Positions 11,240 through 24,271 of a DNA stretch of 64,000 nt are shown here, piece after piece. Position 1 is the first letter of the stretch, and every line of letters starts with the position of its first letter. Where the stretch lies: positions 102,672,001-102,736,000 of the forward strand of contig NC_091476.1 in NCBI RefSeq assembly GCF_036971445.1, read 5' to 3'. The notes under the pieces are model-generated. The model was not told the DNA's origin. It made no database searches and saw only the letters and a list, made by a program, of their open reading frames with translations. This DNA is from Narcine bancroftii. Its lineage: Eukaryota. Made by a program: the position numbers and the translations under genes.

Positions 11240-11612
11240 AGGGAATTAAGGGATATGGGGAAAAGGTAGGTCGGTGGAGATGAACCTATCAGAACTTTTC
11301 CTTAATGACTTGATTGTTTTATTGTCATCAATAGAGGATGAGCAAATGTAAGTTCTTGGGAGTCACTATCTCGGAAGATCTTTCCTGGAACCAACACACC
11401 AATGGCATCATGAAGAAAGCCTCTACTTCCTCAGGAGTTTGCGGAGGAGCTAGTGGAGTTGTTCAAGTGAACCCGGTACGGACTTGAAGGGCCGACATGG
11501 CCTGTTTCCGTGCTGTAAACAGTTATATGGTTATATGGTTATCTAATCAGCCAGGATCACATTGAATGGCAAAGCAAGCTCATTGGGCCAGATGGCCTAC
11601 TCCTATTTCTTA
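11240..11612 (+). mobile_element. Composite of CR1 tail and Rex-like LINE fragments
   Basis: aagttcttgggagtcactatctcggaagatctttcctgg (similar to the element near 51280) followed by a CR1-type 3' tail ending in (ttatatgg)n. Confidence 0.55.
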
Positions 11613-13684
11613 TCAAATCTAGATGCAGCACCTATTAGATTATATCATCATCTGAGCATGAGAAAGCAGGGATACCTGCATCACCTACACCATTATGGGA
11701 ACCAATGACTTTGGACTGACTAGCCAACTCTATCATCTCCATTAAGTTATCAAGACCTTGCAGGCAAACTGATGACCTAAATCAATCAGAGTTGCTGAGT
11801 GACCTTAAAGTCTGGACTGCCCCCAAGTTCACCATTATCGCGACACTTGAGGTTCCTTCCAAGGGGCGATGGGAACAATGAGCTAACTAACTTCAAATGT
11901 AAGTTACTGTGGGATTGGAAACTCCACCATGAGTGCAAGGGAGAAAAAAAATCTAGCCCTATAGGCACTGAAGACAGAAACCCCATAATCTGATGACTGC
12001 TAGAGGATGGAAGGAACACTGGAGGTCCTGTAACTTGCTGGTAATTATAACAAGTGGGGATTCTTCAGGACACTGAATACCAGCTATGGCTTAAACACCC
12101 AATAGGCCAACATGCAGATACCAAGAATGAGGCAAGCTCCTCAAGGACAGAAATAGTTCTATAGCCTTGACCTTGTTCTTGCTACAAGATTCTTAGCATC
12201 ATGTCACAGCAAATGATTCATTTTAGTCTCACCACCACAAGTGACCATTAATTAAAAAAAAACATACACTACTTGAGAGTGAGAGCAACATGTCAGGAGC
12301 AGAAGGCATTCCTGCTACAGTTTGAAAAATTGGGGGAGAAGAACTTCAGCCACAAATTCACAACCTCATATCTCACATCTCGGAAGCTGAGGTTGGTACC
12401 AGGGATCTTCAGAGATGGTCCTGACCATCAGATCATCTCTGATTATAATTATCACAGAGAATCATCAGCCACAGGGGAAGAGATTGCTTTGTCAACCACC
12501 TCCTCCTGGTGGCTAACCATCTGCTCTGCAGTGTGAATGTCATCATGTATTCTAGAGGCACAATGGACAACAGAAATACAGGAAGCTGCACCAATTATTT
12601 TACATCCTGTTTTAATACCGCATGAAAACATTTTAATAGGTCAGTCAAGAGGGACTGTTGAACAACCTCAAAATTAGCTGCCCTCATCCATTTGTGTCCA
12701 TTTAACATTTGCTTCATTATGGTGTGCAGGCCATTATTTTAACCAATGGGTCCCACAACCACCCCAACCTCACTGTAGAGGACTGTTAAGCAAGGCTGTA
12801 TTATTGTCCTAATGCTTTGAGTTGAAATTTCTTGCTGCTGTGCTGCATTTCACCAACAAATTGCCAGGACCACTCTGCACTGTGAGGAGAGCAAGAGGCT
12901 TCCAATTATGTGGCTCCTCAAAATGTTCTGAATCCCTTTTAAAAAGTACCTTCAGAACTGTATCAACCATAGTAATGAGGAAACATAGCAGCCAGTTCAT
13001 GGAGAGCAAGATCCATACCTACAACAGCACAATAGGTGGCTATTTTATTAATGCTAATTGAAGGTGGTATTGGCCAGGCTACCAGGTAGAAATCCCTATT
13101 GTTCTTCAGAATAGTGACATAAACAGGGAAAGTGGAGCATACATTAGTTTAATGCCTCTTTTCAAACACAGCCACAGAGAAATCATTCTTCAGAACCTCT
13201 GGTGAACTGCTGTACTCCTGATTACCTGGTTCCGCCCTTGTGGTCCCTACCTCTTTTGACCCGTATAAAGCCTCTAACACCTTGACCCTTCCCCAGAAAG
13301 CCTGGGTCATGGCCCAGGATGAGGTCCCTGTCCATGTGAACAAAAGCTTGTAAATCAATGACTCAGTCTCAGCCTCTCGGGTTATTTACTGCGCATCAGA
13401 ACCGCAGTGGAAATGTCTACCTTGATTATGCAATCAAATTATCAAAGTGGTATTTTACATGAGGCAAGAGTGGTACTTGCTAAAAGGAATTGCAGTACAC
13501 AGCACTCTTATATAAAGGTTTTAGATTTGGCAAACCCTGGTAATCTGTAACAAAGGAGCCCTGAATAATGAACCAGCATTGACACCTGACAGTGCCCTCT
13601 CTCTCAGGTGAACCAGTAGTAAACTTACTCTCTTGTTCAACCACAATTAAATTGCAGCTCAGATTTCATTAAGCCTTTCAAACT

Positions 13685-13753
13685 TAAACAAACCACCCCC
13701 CCCCCCCCACATTGAGCAGTTAAATATGGCTTGTGAGAAAGTGCCATAGCAAC
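13685..13753 (+). promoter_or_regulatory. Ciliary-gene promoter motifs (forkhead core and RFX X-box-like site)
   Basis: TAAACA at 13685-13690 and GTGCCATAGCAAC at 13741-13753, about 170-240 bp upstream of the SAXO-like ATG. Confidence 0.5.
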
Positions 13754-13921
13754 AGGTGTACACTAAAGAGATTGGAATATAATTGACTACAATTAAGGAC
13801 TACTGACAAACCACAGCCAGGACATTCTTCTTGAACATTCTCTGGGACTCTTCAAAAAGATTTGCTCAGTTTCTGAGGAACTCTTCTTTAGGAACACATT
13901 CAAAACAAAATATTAATTAAA

Positions 13922-14001
13922 ATGGCCCTGAATTGTTTGAGAAAATTAGAAGACCTGAAGTTTCCAGAGTTTTCGTGCCTCTGCGAGCTATGTGATTGTG
14001 G
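13922..14001 (+). CDS. SAXO/FAM154-like gene exon 1 (MALNCLRKLEDLKFPEFSCLCELCDCG)
   Basis: aaaATGG start, CxCExCxCG motif like the SAXO1/2 N-terminus, donor GG|gtaaga (phase 2). Confidence 0.8.
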
Positions 14002-14777
14002 GTAAGAGAGTTTTTCCAATATTGATCTGGTTAAAAAGGTATTTATAAATCTTGCAATATTTTATTTCAGCTCAAACTTATCACAGCGCAGGGAGCACTT
14101 CTGAAGTGTAATCCCTATTGTAAAGTTGTAAAGTTCTGGCCTTCTGCATCATAAATGGATTTGCAAGAAACATTACTACATTTTGTTTTGGCATATTCCA
14201 CTACTTTTAAATGTATCCTTCCATCCTTCAATCCCCAAAATTCATTTTTTTCCCCAACCTCATCTTTTCTAACCAATTTGAGTTTAACATTTCCTTTCTT
14301 CTCCCACCCCTTGAATCACAATCCCATGTCTTTAATCTCAATCCCGCTCTATCTTCACCAAACTCTACTTCTCCAGAAACCTTACCAGCTCACCTTAATT
14401 ACAGCTTTTCTAACATAACCTGTTGTACCTTCACTGTATCCCTTCTACCTGAACCCCAATTGTTACCTTCTATTCCAATCATAACTTCCATCCAAACCCT
14501 ATCCCTTCTATCTCACCAAAGTGTCAGGAGTTCAATGTTCAAGAGTACTTCCATATCATCGAAGTTCAACCCCAGTCTGTGCTGAGGTAGCTGTTACTGA
14601 ACACCATAATTGACATCACAATACGAGTATCATCTCAGAACAATTAGTCTCACCTCCCAAGTTCAAGTCAGGGTTGATTAAGGCAGGGATCCAATTCTGA
14701 TCACTACCCATTTGCTGGTAAGTGTCAATGGATTGTTTATCTTGACAACAGTGTCCCATTTGGAATACCCTAGAAGT

Positions 14778-15290
14778 TAGAACCATATAACATTACAGCA
14801 CAGAAACAGGCCCTTCGCCCCTTCTCATCTGTACCAAACTATTTTTCTGCCTAGTCCAATTGATCTACACCCAGTCCATAGCCCTCCAAACCCCTTCCAT
14901 CTATGTACCTGTCCATAGACAATTCAATGGAAATGTTTATGATAAGCTGTTATGCTAGCCAAATCCTGGCAGTCTTGGAACAGAAGAGAAAAACCCCTTC
15001 CATCTATGTACCTGTCCAAATTCTTCTTAAATGTTAAAATTGAGCCTGCATTCACCATTCAACTGGCAGCTCGTTCCACACTCCCATCCCTCTGTGTGAC
15101 AAAGTTCCCCCTTAACTTTTCCTCTTTCACTCTTAACCCATGTTCTCTGGTTTGTATCTAACCTCAGTGGAAAAAGCCTACCTACATTTATTCTGTCTAT
15201 ACCCCTCATAATTTTTAATACCTCTATTAAATCTCCCCTCATTCTTCTACACTTTAACCTATTTAAACTTTCCCTAACACTCAATTCCTG
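14778..15290 (-). mobile_element. CR1 3' end (contains a templated insertion)
   Basis: ORF 15027..15284 (RRMRGDLIEVLKIMRGIDRINVGRLFPL) and the tail acagcacagaaacaggcc. Confidence 0.8.
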
Positions 15291-15744
15291 AATGGAAAAA
15301 ACCCCTCTCGGTTCTTACACTTGATTAACAGTCCTTTGAATGAGGGTGTTGGGTAGTCAATTCCTTCAAGAATGGAGAAAAGAAATTTTAGAACTACAAA
15401 ACAGTAAGGATTGCGATTTAAAGTTTGTTATTGAGCATGTTGAGGCCTGGGGGAATGACTGGCACTACTCACTCTATTCTTTTTACTCCAGTTTTGCAGA
15501 GGCCACAGTGACAGTGCTTGTACTCAACTCTCCTTCTCAAGGATTGTGGAAGGGTTAAGGTGGGAATTAGAGAGAACTTTTGTGCCTGAGTGAAAGGTGT
15601 CCAAAACAGCTGAGAATGCTTGTGTGCTGACACAGGTTATCCTTTATAATACTGGAAATTGGAATTTCTCTTCTGTTCCAAGACTGCCAGGATTTGGCTA
15701 GCATAACAGCTTATCATAAACATTTCCATTGAATTGTCTATGGA
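14912..15744. repeat. 80-bp perfect inverted repeat pair (14912-14991 and 15665-15744)
   Basis: tccatagacaattc...cagaagagaaa is the exact reverse complement of tttctcttctg...tctatgga. Confidence 0.95.
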
Positions 15745-16446
15745 TCATACCCTTTCACTTCCATTCTGACTACCCCTGCACCATCCCATTCACTCTGCAT
15801 GAGCCTAAATAAAGGCCTTTAGGTCTAAAAGGCTCTTTCAACCTTAAACTTTTACTGTGATCAAGAAAGGATAAGGAAATCATGAACTTGTAGGCTTGTT
15901 AGCCCAACATCTATCATTGATAAAATACTTGAATCCATTTTTTTGGAATTTAGTAGCAGAATACTGAGAAAATCATAATTTGGTTTTCTGAAAGGGGAAA
16001 GACATTATTAATGTTGATAGAGGATTAGTTATCTAACGTCAAGGTGGATAAGCCAATTTCAGGTTGGCAATCTGTAACTGGTGAGCTGCCATAGGGGTCA
16101 TATGGGGATTTATCATTTCAAAATCTATTATTGACATAGCTTAAGAGTATATTCTTTGCAAGTTTGCTGATGAGACAGATAGCAAGGAGATTATTTTCAT
16201 ATACATAATGTATAGATACAAAATTTTTACTTGCTGAAGTCACACAGTTATGCAAGATACACTAACTGCAACAGTATAAAACATACCAAGGCAGAAAGAG
16301 AGATTATAAATATAAAAGGTGAGATATATATTCACAGTTGTATTTAGTGCAAGAAAATAAGTAACTTTTCTTTAGTGCAAACAATTTTTTAGTGGTTGTG
16401 GTTAGGGTTAAGGTAGGACAGGGAGGTTCAAGAGCCTTATTTATAC

Positions 16447-18993
16447 GTTTTTTTTGTAATTCTTTATTTATCACACTATGAACCATATCAACCAATATAT
16501 TTACAGATGCATCTCTTTAAATATTCACAGTGACATTTTCTCTTTTTTTCCCCCATCCCTCCCTTCCCCCTTCCCACCCTCCAAAAACAGTAAATATTAG
16601 ACATACAAAATACAATAAAACAATATCTTTATACAAAAGGAATACAAACAAAAAAGACGGATCATCTACTTATTCACATTAAATCTGATCGTGTTTATCT
16701 TCTTATCATTTTAGGTGGTGGTGGTCCGAGGCCTGCTCTTTCTGTTATGTTCCATAGATGGTTCCCAGGTTCTTGCAATCATTCTAACTTTGTCTTTCAA
16801 ATTATATGTGATTTTTTTTCCAATGGGATACACTTAAACTTGGTTATATATTCCATTAATGTTTATAGACATGTGGTCCAACGTGGTTATCTTATATCTT
16901 CATTTTCACTTCTTTTCTGCCTCTTCACCACCACCATCCCTTTTTTTCATTACTGTTTTTTAAGTATTCCTTTTTAATCTCAATATATGACAATGCATTT
17001 AAGACATGAAATACCCCAACAATCCTCACAAGCAATAACCCTTTAACCCCAAATGAACCTCCCCTCCTTGGATTGCCTTCTGTCACTTGACGGCAACCAC
17101 AACTCCCCTTTCCATTCGGTTTGCGATCTTACTCGCAAGTGTCAACCGATTTCGCAGCGACCATTATTCTCCCATTTCCATCCCCCCAGAGAACACTATA
17201 CATATAACAAAGCTCTCTTTTTTTCCTTCTTCCCTTTCTCTTATCCATCTTTAAATTTTTATATATATATTTATTCATTATCTTTACTTTATATTTTTAC
17301 ATATTTTTATATATTTTTTTGCCAGTCATCCTTCTTGTCACTCCTCCTCCTCTCTTCTCCTGTCCTCCAAATTCTTGGGCTTTCTTTGGATCTGAAAACA
17401 GTCTATTCTGTTCCCCAGGAATGAATACTTTGTGTACTGCTGGATGTTTTAATATAAAGTTATACCCTTTCTTTCATAAGATTGTTTTCACTGTGTTGAA
17501 TTCCTTCCTCTTCTTTAAAAGTTCGAAGCTTATGTCCAGGTAAAAAAATATTTTTTGTCCCTTATATTCCAATGGCTTATTGTCTTCTCTAACATTCTTT
17601 CTTGCCTACTCCAGTATGTTTTCTCTTGTCGTATATCTTAGAAATTTTACCAATATGGATCTCAGTTTTTGATGTGGTGGCGGTTTCGGTTCTAGCGCTC
17701 TATGCGCCTTTCAATTTCTATTTCTTCATGTGAATCTGTCGTTCCCAGCACAATCGGGATCCATCCTTTTATAAATTCCTTCATATCTGACCCTTCTCTG
17801 CCTTCTTTCAGACCAACTATTTTTGTTGTTTTGCCTACTGTATTTTTGCAATACATCAATTTTTTGTGACAATAAATCTTGTGTCTCTTTAATTTTTTTC
17901 ACTCTCTTCCAACTTCCCTCTTTAATCGTTTATCTCCATTTCTACAGCAGCTTCTTGTTCCTCCACATTTTCTACTCTTTTCCCTATTTCAGTCATGACC
18001 AACTCTAAGCTTTGCATTCTGTCTTCAGCTCTTTTCATTTTTCTTTTGATTGAACTAAATTCTAATGATAGCCATTCTTTTAATGACCTCATTTGTTCTT
18101 CGAAAAAGGCTTTATCTATTTTGTCCTTCTATTTTACCTTCTTTCCTTTGAAATTCTTGGTTTTCTTCCTCCTCTTCTTCTGTGTCTGTATCTATGTCTG
18201 TGTTGTCTTCTTCTCTTCTCTGTATCTGTATATCTTCATCCTTCTCTGGTGAGCTGCTTCTGTATCCTTGCTGGGCCTCCAACTGCTGTCTCCTGTTGTT
18301 GGGCCTCCTGCTGTAGGTCGACACGTTGATGTACCTCCCGGTGCAGGTCGACCTGTTGCTGGGCCCCCTGCTGCAGGTCGACCTGTTGCTGGGCCCCCTG
18401 CTGCAGGTCGACCTGCTGCTGGGTCTCCTGCCGGTTGCTCCATTGCCGCTCACCCTCTTCCAGCCCTTCATTCTCTTTCTCACCACTCTTCTTTTCTTCT
18501 TTCTTGTTTACTTCCCCCAGCCAAATGACCCGATACTGGGCATCTCTCAGCTGGCCGCTCTTCAGCTGAGTTCCCCCTCCCGTCGGCGTTAACCTTTTCT
18601 TTTACTTGTGCATGTGCAACTCTTTGTGCATGTGTAGTTGTGCACCACTTCTTGGCTCTGAGAGCCATTTTTTGGAGTCCGCCGGTTGGGAGGACACTGC
18701 TCCTCTGGGGACACACCGTAGATCGGCTGTTCCTCTCCACGGTGGCTCTCTGCTCCAACATGCAGGTAAGACCTTCTTCTTTCTTCTCCAGTGATTTTCC
18801 TTCTTCCCTTTTCTCTGTTATTCTTACTTTTTCTCTTTTGGGTGCCATCTTCTATCTCTTCTCTGTAACTTAATCTTTCTCTTCCTGTATTTTATGTTTA
18901 TTGAGCTCTGCTTTTTCACACTTTTTTTTCCTTTTCTCTGGAGAGGGCTGGTTCCATCCGACCAGCAACTACTCCATCATGTGACTCCCCTCC
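16447..18993 (-). mobile_element. L1-clade element with ORF1 and an almost entirely deleted ORF2
   Basis: PolyA/AATAAA end at about 16448-16470. ORF1 starts MAPKREK at 18848 and has L1 ORF1-type C-terminal motifs at about 17390-17650 (YKGQKIFFYLDISFELLKKRKEFN). Flanked by a near-TSD, tatttatac (16438-16446) / tatttaaac (18994-19002). Confidence 0.8.
18292..18430. repeat. 30-bp tandem repeat in L1 ORF1
   Basis: cctgttgctgggccccctgctgcaggtcga, about 4.5 copies. Confidence 0.85.
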
Positions 18994-19518
18994 TATTTAA
19001 ACTTGTTGAGGAAAAAATCTTGAACCTGGGTGGTGCTGAACTTTTCAGGCTTTCCTGCACCATTTGCCTGAAGGAAACAGTGAAAAGAAATTGTGATCAG
19101 GTTGATGAGGATCCTTTATGGCATTGGCTGCCTTCTTGAGGCAGCGTCTCATGTAGATATCTTCAATGGAATGGAGGTGGGTGACAGTGATGGACTTGGC
19201 TAGGTTTGCCACTTTCTGGTTCCTACATCATTCATTTCCAAACCCTGCAGGTAAGTACAAAGTTACATTAGTTTAATGGGGGGAAACCTTGCAAAGCTAC
19301 TGTACAGAAGGATCTGGGTGACTTCATGAATCACATTACAACGTTAATAAGAAATGAGATGGAAAGTTGGCCTGAGCAGTAAAGGCATGATGTATATAAA
19401 GTAGGTAATTGTCTTTACAAATGATAAGGGTTGAAAACGTATGAATTATCTGGTGTTAGTCCGTTAATAGTTCCAAGTAGTTAGAGCTCCCTGATAAATT
19501 CTTCCTTCTCTCCTTTAG

Positions 19519-19628
19519 TCAACACAAATACCATCAGAATTGCAAGAAGAACCAATCAATTCAGAGACGCTCAGTGAGTACAGACTGGCTCCTAACCAAC
19601 TATCAATCGTCCTTCACACGACCTTTGA
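19519..19628 (+). CDS. SAXO-like exon 2 (QHKYHQNCKK...WLLTNYQSSFTRPL)
   Basis: ttccttctctcctttag| ... |gtaaga, phase 2-1, open, and continues the Cys/His motif. Confidence 0.8.
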
Positions 19629-20355
19629 GTAAGAACTAGTATTTCACAGTAATGTGGCAGGACATCTGCACTTTATCTTGGTTGGGTGGTATTTTCTTTC
19701 TCTTGGGCTTTTAGGAACCAGCTGAATGGATCCAAGAGCTGGAGATAGGACTCAAATAGATTTCAGTCAAAGGGGCAGAGAATCACACAATCACCTCTCA
19801 ACACTGGGCAGATTGGTGGTCTCAGATCATCGAATAATTCCCGTGCCCTCCCAATTCTTGTTTTTTGGGATACATTTAACAAAGGAAGACATTCTTTGCC
19901 ATCTGCTGAACCTTAAATGGGTGCAGAAGACACTATTAATTCAACTGCCTTTGCCTTCTTCATGCTGCCAAGCTTAGGACAGCCAGCTTTTAGGACTTAC
20001 TGGGAATATCCAGGAATGAATGATGTTTCTTGGATGCTACTGTGAACAAACTCTTTAAAACAACTACAGAGGTATTGAAGAAAATTCTTTTTTTGGTAAT
20101 TTTTCCTTAATTATGAAAAGAATTCCTATTTGTGATTGTAAATTTTATTTTTATGGACTTCATATGCTCTCTTTATGAAAATAACTTGTATTTAATAAAT
20201 GATTAAACATTGCACCACAGAGGTGCAATGAATTAAAATGTATTTATCCCACAAGCAGTGAGAATGCTGAATGACCAAAGGAACTGCTCATATTGACCAT
20301 CCAAGACCCTCATATTCACAAAGCAACATTTATTTATCTGTCTATATAAACACAT

Positions 20356-21539
20356 GGCTGTGTTCTGGCACCAACCCTCTTTTCAATTTTCTTCAGCATG
20401 ATGCTGAACCAAGCCATGAAAGACCCCAACAATGAAGACGCTGTTTACATCCGGTACCGCACGGATGGCAGTCTCTTCAATCTGAGGCGCCTGCAAGCTC
20501 ACACCAAGACACAAGAGAAACTTGTCCGTGAACTACTCTTTGCAGATGATGCCGCTTTAGTTGCCCATTCAGAGCCAGCTCTTCAGCGCTTGACGTCCTG
20601 CTTTGCGGAAACTGCCAAAATGTTTGGCCTGGAAGTCAGCCTGAAGAAAACTGAGGTCCTCCATCAGCCAGCTCCCCACCATGACTACCAGCCCCCCCAC
20701 ATCTCCATCGGGCACACAAAACTCAAAACGGTCAACCAGTTTACCTATCTCGGCTGCACCATTTCATCAGATGCAAGGATCGACAATGAGATAGACAACA
20801 GACTCGCCAAGGCAAATAGCGCCTTTGGAAGACTACACAAAAGAGTCTGGAAAAACAACCAACTGAAAAACCTCACAAAGATAAGCGTATACAGAGCCGT
20901 TGTCATACCCACACTCCTGTTCGGCTCCGAATCATGGGTCCTCTACCGGCACCACCTACGGCTCCTAGAACGCTTCCACCAGCGTTGTCTCCGCTCCATC
21001 CTCAACATCCATTGGAGCGCTCACACCCCTAACGTCGAGGTACTCGAGATGGCAGAGGTCGACAGCATCGAGTCCACGCTGCTGAAGATCCAGCTGCGCT
21101 GGATGGGTCACGTCTCCAGAATGGAGGACCATCGCCTTCCCAAGATCGTATTATATGGCGAGCTCTCCACTGGCCACCGTGACAGAGGTGCACCAAAGAA
21201 AAGGTACAAGGACTGCCTAAAGAAATCTCTTGGTGCCTGCCACATTGACCACCGCCAGTGGGCTGATAACGCCTCAAACCGTGCATCTTGGCGCCTCACA
21301 GTTTGGCGGGCAGCAGCCTCCATTGAAGAAGACTGCAGAGCCCACCTCACTGACAAAAGGCAAAGGAGGAAAAACCCAACACCCAACCCCAACCAACCAA
21401 TTTTCCCTTGCAACCGCTGCAATCGTGTCTGCCTGTCCCGCATCGGACTGGTCAGCCACAAACGAGCCTGCAGCTGACGTGGACTTTTTTACCCCCTCCA
21501 TAAATCTTCGTCCGCGAAGCCAAGCCAAAGAAGAAGAAG
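20356..21539 (+). mobile_element. RTE-clade LINE, 5'-truncated, with an open 359-aa C-terminal ORF
   Basis: ORF 20398..21477 contains LLFADD, FTYLG and the C-terminal CNRCNRVCLSRIGLVSH. Ends in a (GAA)n tail. Confidence 0.93.
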
Positions 21540-22305
21540 TATGTGTGTGATTTTTCTGTCAGTGTGTTATGTCTAGTTGTATGTCTGCATGTTTGGCACT
21601 GAAGTCAGGAGAACTCCATTTTGTCAGGTTGAACTTGTGCAATCAAATGACAATAAACTTGACTTAACACCCAGACACATAGAGGGAGAGACAACCGAAA
21701 GATTGGCCCAGTGGATAAGTTTAAAGTACATCTCAAAGGAAACAAGAGGTGGATTGATAGTTAGAGGAAGGTGCAATGAACATCCAGGTTGTGCCACATC
21801 CTGAATGGGAAGAATGTAAATGCTTTGATGAGGTGTAAGGCTGGAGTTGTTCACAGGGATATATTTGAAATTGTACCAAAGCTGTAATAATTGGACCTTA
21901 CAATTTCTTATTATGTCTACAATGTAACATTAATAAAAGGCAGAGTATTTAATCCTCAGCCAACATCATTAGGGTATTTCTGATGTTGAGATTTGCTGTC
22001 CACAACTAAGGAAATTAATTGACAACATTGACCACAGCCCAAAAATACTTCAGTAAGTTGAAAAACATTTTGGGACACCTCCAGATTGAAAAAAATAGTA
22101 CATTACTGTATAATGAAATCAAAATATGTAGGTCAGACATCATCTGTGTTTTTTTTCTCTTCACAAATGCTTCCTAATCTTGTTTATTTTGGATTTCAGG
22201 CAGCTGACCTTTTAAACATTTTCACCACATGATCTTTCTTGAAATTTTTTTCTTATGTATTAACGAGTAATGGAGACTCAAGAATTCTCTTTAATTCCAA
22301 CTCAG

Positions 22306-22442
22306 ATGTCCTGCCCCGTAGCAGCAAGAGACCATTACGCACTCCGCCACACTCCAACCCACCAGCCATGCAATGGGAAACCACCCAGCATTCAGAATTT
22401 GGGCCAAAAGTTCTGAAGGAACAAGCAAAACCGGGCGATGGG
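22306..22442 (+). CDS. SAXO-like exon 3 (VLPRSSKRP...MQWETTQHSEFGPK...GDG)
   Basis: ctcag| ... |gtaagt, phase 1-0, with an Mn-like TTQHSEF motif. Confidence 0.8.
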
Positions 22443-23814
22443 GTAAGTAGACGGTGTCTGCACTGAGCTAACATTCATTGTGTTTACTTTTTATTCTGGG
22501 AGACGATCTAGAGTCACAAGAGAATGGAATGGCAAAAGGGAAAGCAGCTGGTTTGCATGGAGCAGGTCCTTTAACAAAGGCCAGGGGACCAAAGGAAGGA
22601 TCAATACCTTCAGGACAAGAGAAACCAGGAAAGACCTGATCCCATTATGTAGGGCATGATGGGAAGGACTCATTCCCACAGAAAAGGGAATCTTTTATGG
22701 TACAGAAACAGAACCTTTGGTCCACTACAAACATGCTGACCATTTTACTCATCTATGCTAATTCAATTCGACTGCATTAGGAATGTATTGTGCAATGCAT
22801 TCCAGATGTCAATCACTGTAAAAAAAAAAGCAATAAAACCTATCCCTAGGATCTTCTTTAAATCTCCTACCTAGCAAGCAACCAGGTAGAATGGAATTGT
22901 AAGGATGAGGAACTAAATCAGGAAGTGGTGTTCAGGTGAGAGAAACAGGAGTTAGTAGCCTGGAACTTTAGTTGCAAAAGGGGTTAAGGTTGGAGCCAGT
23001 GCATAACATCTGAAGTAGAATATATCAGGGCTATGATGAAAGGAAATCAGAAGAGGTTTAGATACAGAAGCATCAGTTGGAAGACACAAATGTGATATGG
23101 AGAGAGTTGTAGATTAAAAGGTAGATGGAAATCATCCATCTAATAACACTTTTCTTATTTCCTGTCCAGAAATGTGCAGGAAATTAACAAAGCCGAAAGC
23201 TCCATAGATATAGTGAACAGACCACCTGTGGGTAGATTGTAGGACAGTGACTGAACAAATGAAATAAAATTAAGGTGATTTCAAACTGTTAACAGGAGCT
23301 AATGATAACAGATGAGCAGTGGGCAAAATTGTGTCCCTTAATCCTGGACACGATCTTTCATCAATGACATAACTTCAGTTCATTTGAAATTATTCCTGTT
23401 GCATACAATGTCTCATCCTGAAGCCCACAGGCTACTGCCAGGATGGACAGAGTTGATGAAAAGTAACAAGAAGGGTATAAAGTTTAGATGCTGTCTTTCA
23501 ATGGCATTTTCAATAAGGTAAATCTAAATAAAAATTTTAAAAGCATATTTTGGTACTGGGAAATAAAGCTGGAAATGCTCAGCAGATTAAAGAGTCTACA
23601 GAAGTGGAACATTTAATATCAATTTAGGTTGAAGCCCTTTGTCTTTGTCAGAGGAGCATTCTTGACCTGAAATAAACTCTTTTTCTGCAGATGCCCATCC
23701 TGCTGAGTGTTTCTAATATTGTGTGTTTTAATTCACTCTAGCCAGGATTTATTTCTGTGAAGATTATGAATTTTTTTATTATGTGGCACTTAAAGAACAG
23801 TTTGGAAACTCACA

Positions 23815-24036
23815 GTTTGTGTAGTGATTAGTGCAAGGCCTTTACAGTGTCAGCAATCAGGACTGGGGTTCGAATCCATTTTACATTCTCCCTGTATCTG
23901 CATGGGTTTCCCCAGAAGGTCTGGTTTCCTCCAACCATTCGAAACAGGGGTATAGATTAATTGGGTGTAAATTGGACAGCACAGTCTCATGCCAAAATGG
24001 CCTGTAACCATGCTGAATGTCTAAATCTAAATTTAA
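23815..24036 (+). mobile_element. tRNA-derived SINE (V-SINE/HE1-like)
   Basis: B-box GGTTCGAATCC, core attctccctgtatctgcatgggtttcc, and a CR1-like tail. Confidence 0.75.
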
Positions 24037-24105
24037 ATTAGTAAAAATTCCTAATTCTCCTCTTTTGGCCTGCTGATGGAATATTTTACAACTATTCCTA
24101 TGCAG

Positions 24106-24271
24106 GAAAAAATTCACTCTATCAACACCAAGACATTAACAAGAAAGGAATGTCCAATGACTGTCCAGAAATGTCCCAATGGAACCTTACAGTCTGGTCC
24201 ATTGAATTCCAGAAGCAAGCATTGGAAGCCAGAGACACAAGTGAAATTTGGGGAACATCTAACCACAGCAG
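24106..24271 (+). CDS. SAXO-like exon 4
   Basis: tatgcag|GAAAAA...GCAG|gtgaag, phase 0-1, open (within ORF 24076..24285). Confidence 0.65.

Noticed and set aside
15683-15822. Exon-like segment with an Mn-like motif (ITAYHKHF)
   Set aside because: Stops in all three frames, and exon 1 joins 19519-19628 in frame without it.
23170-23231. Possible extra SAXO-like exon
   Set aside because: Its phase is incompatible with flanking exons 3 and 4.
23815-23880. tRNA gene
   Set aside because: The B-box belongs to a SINE head and there is no complete cloverleaf.
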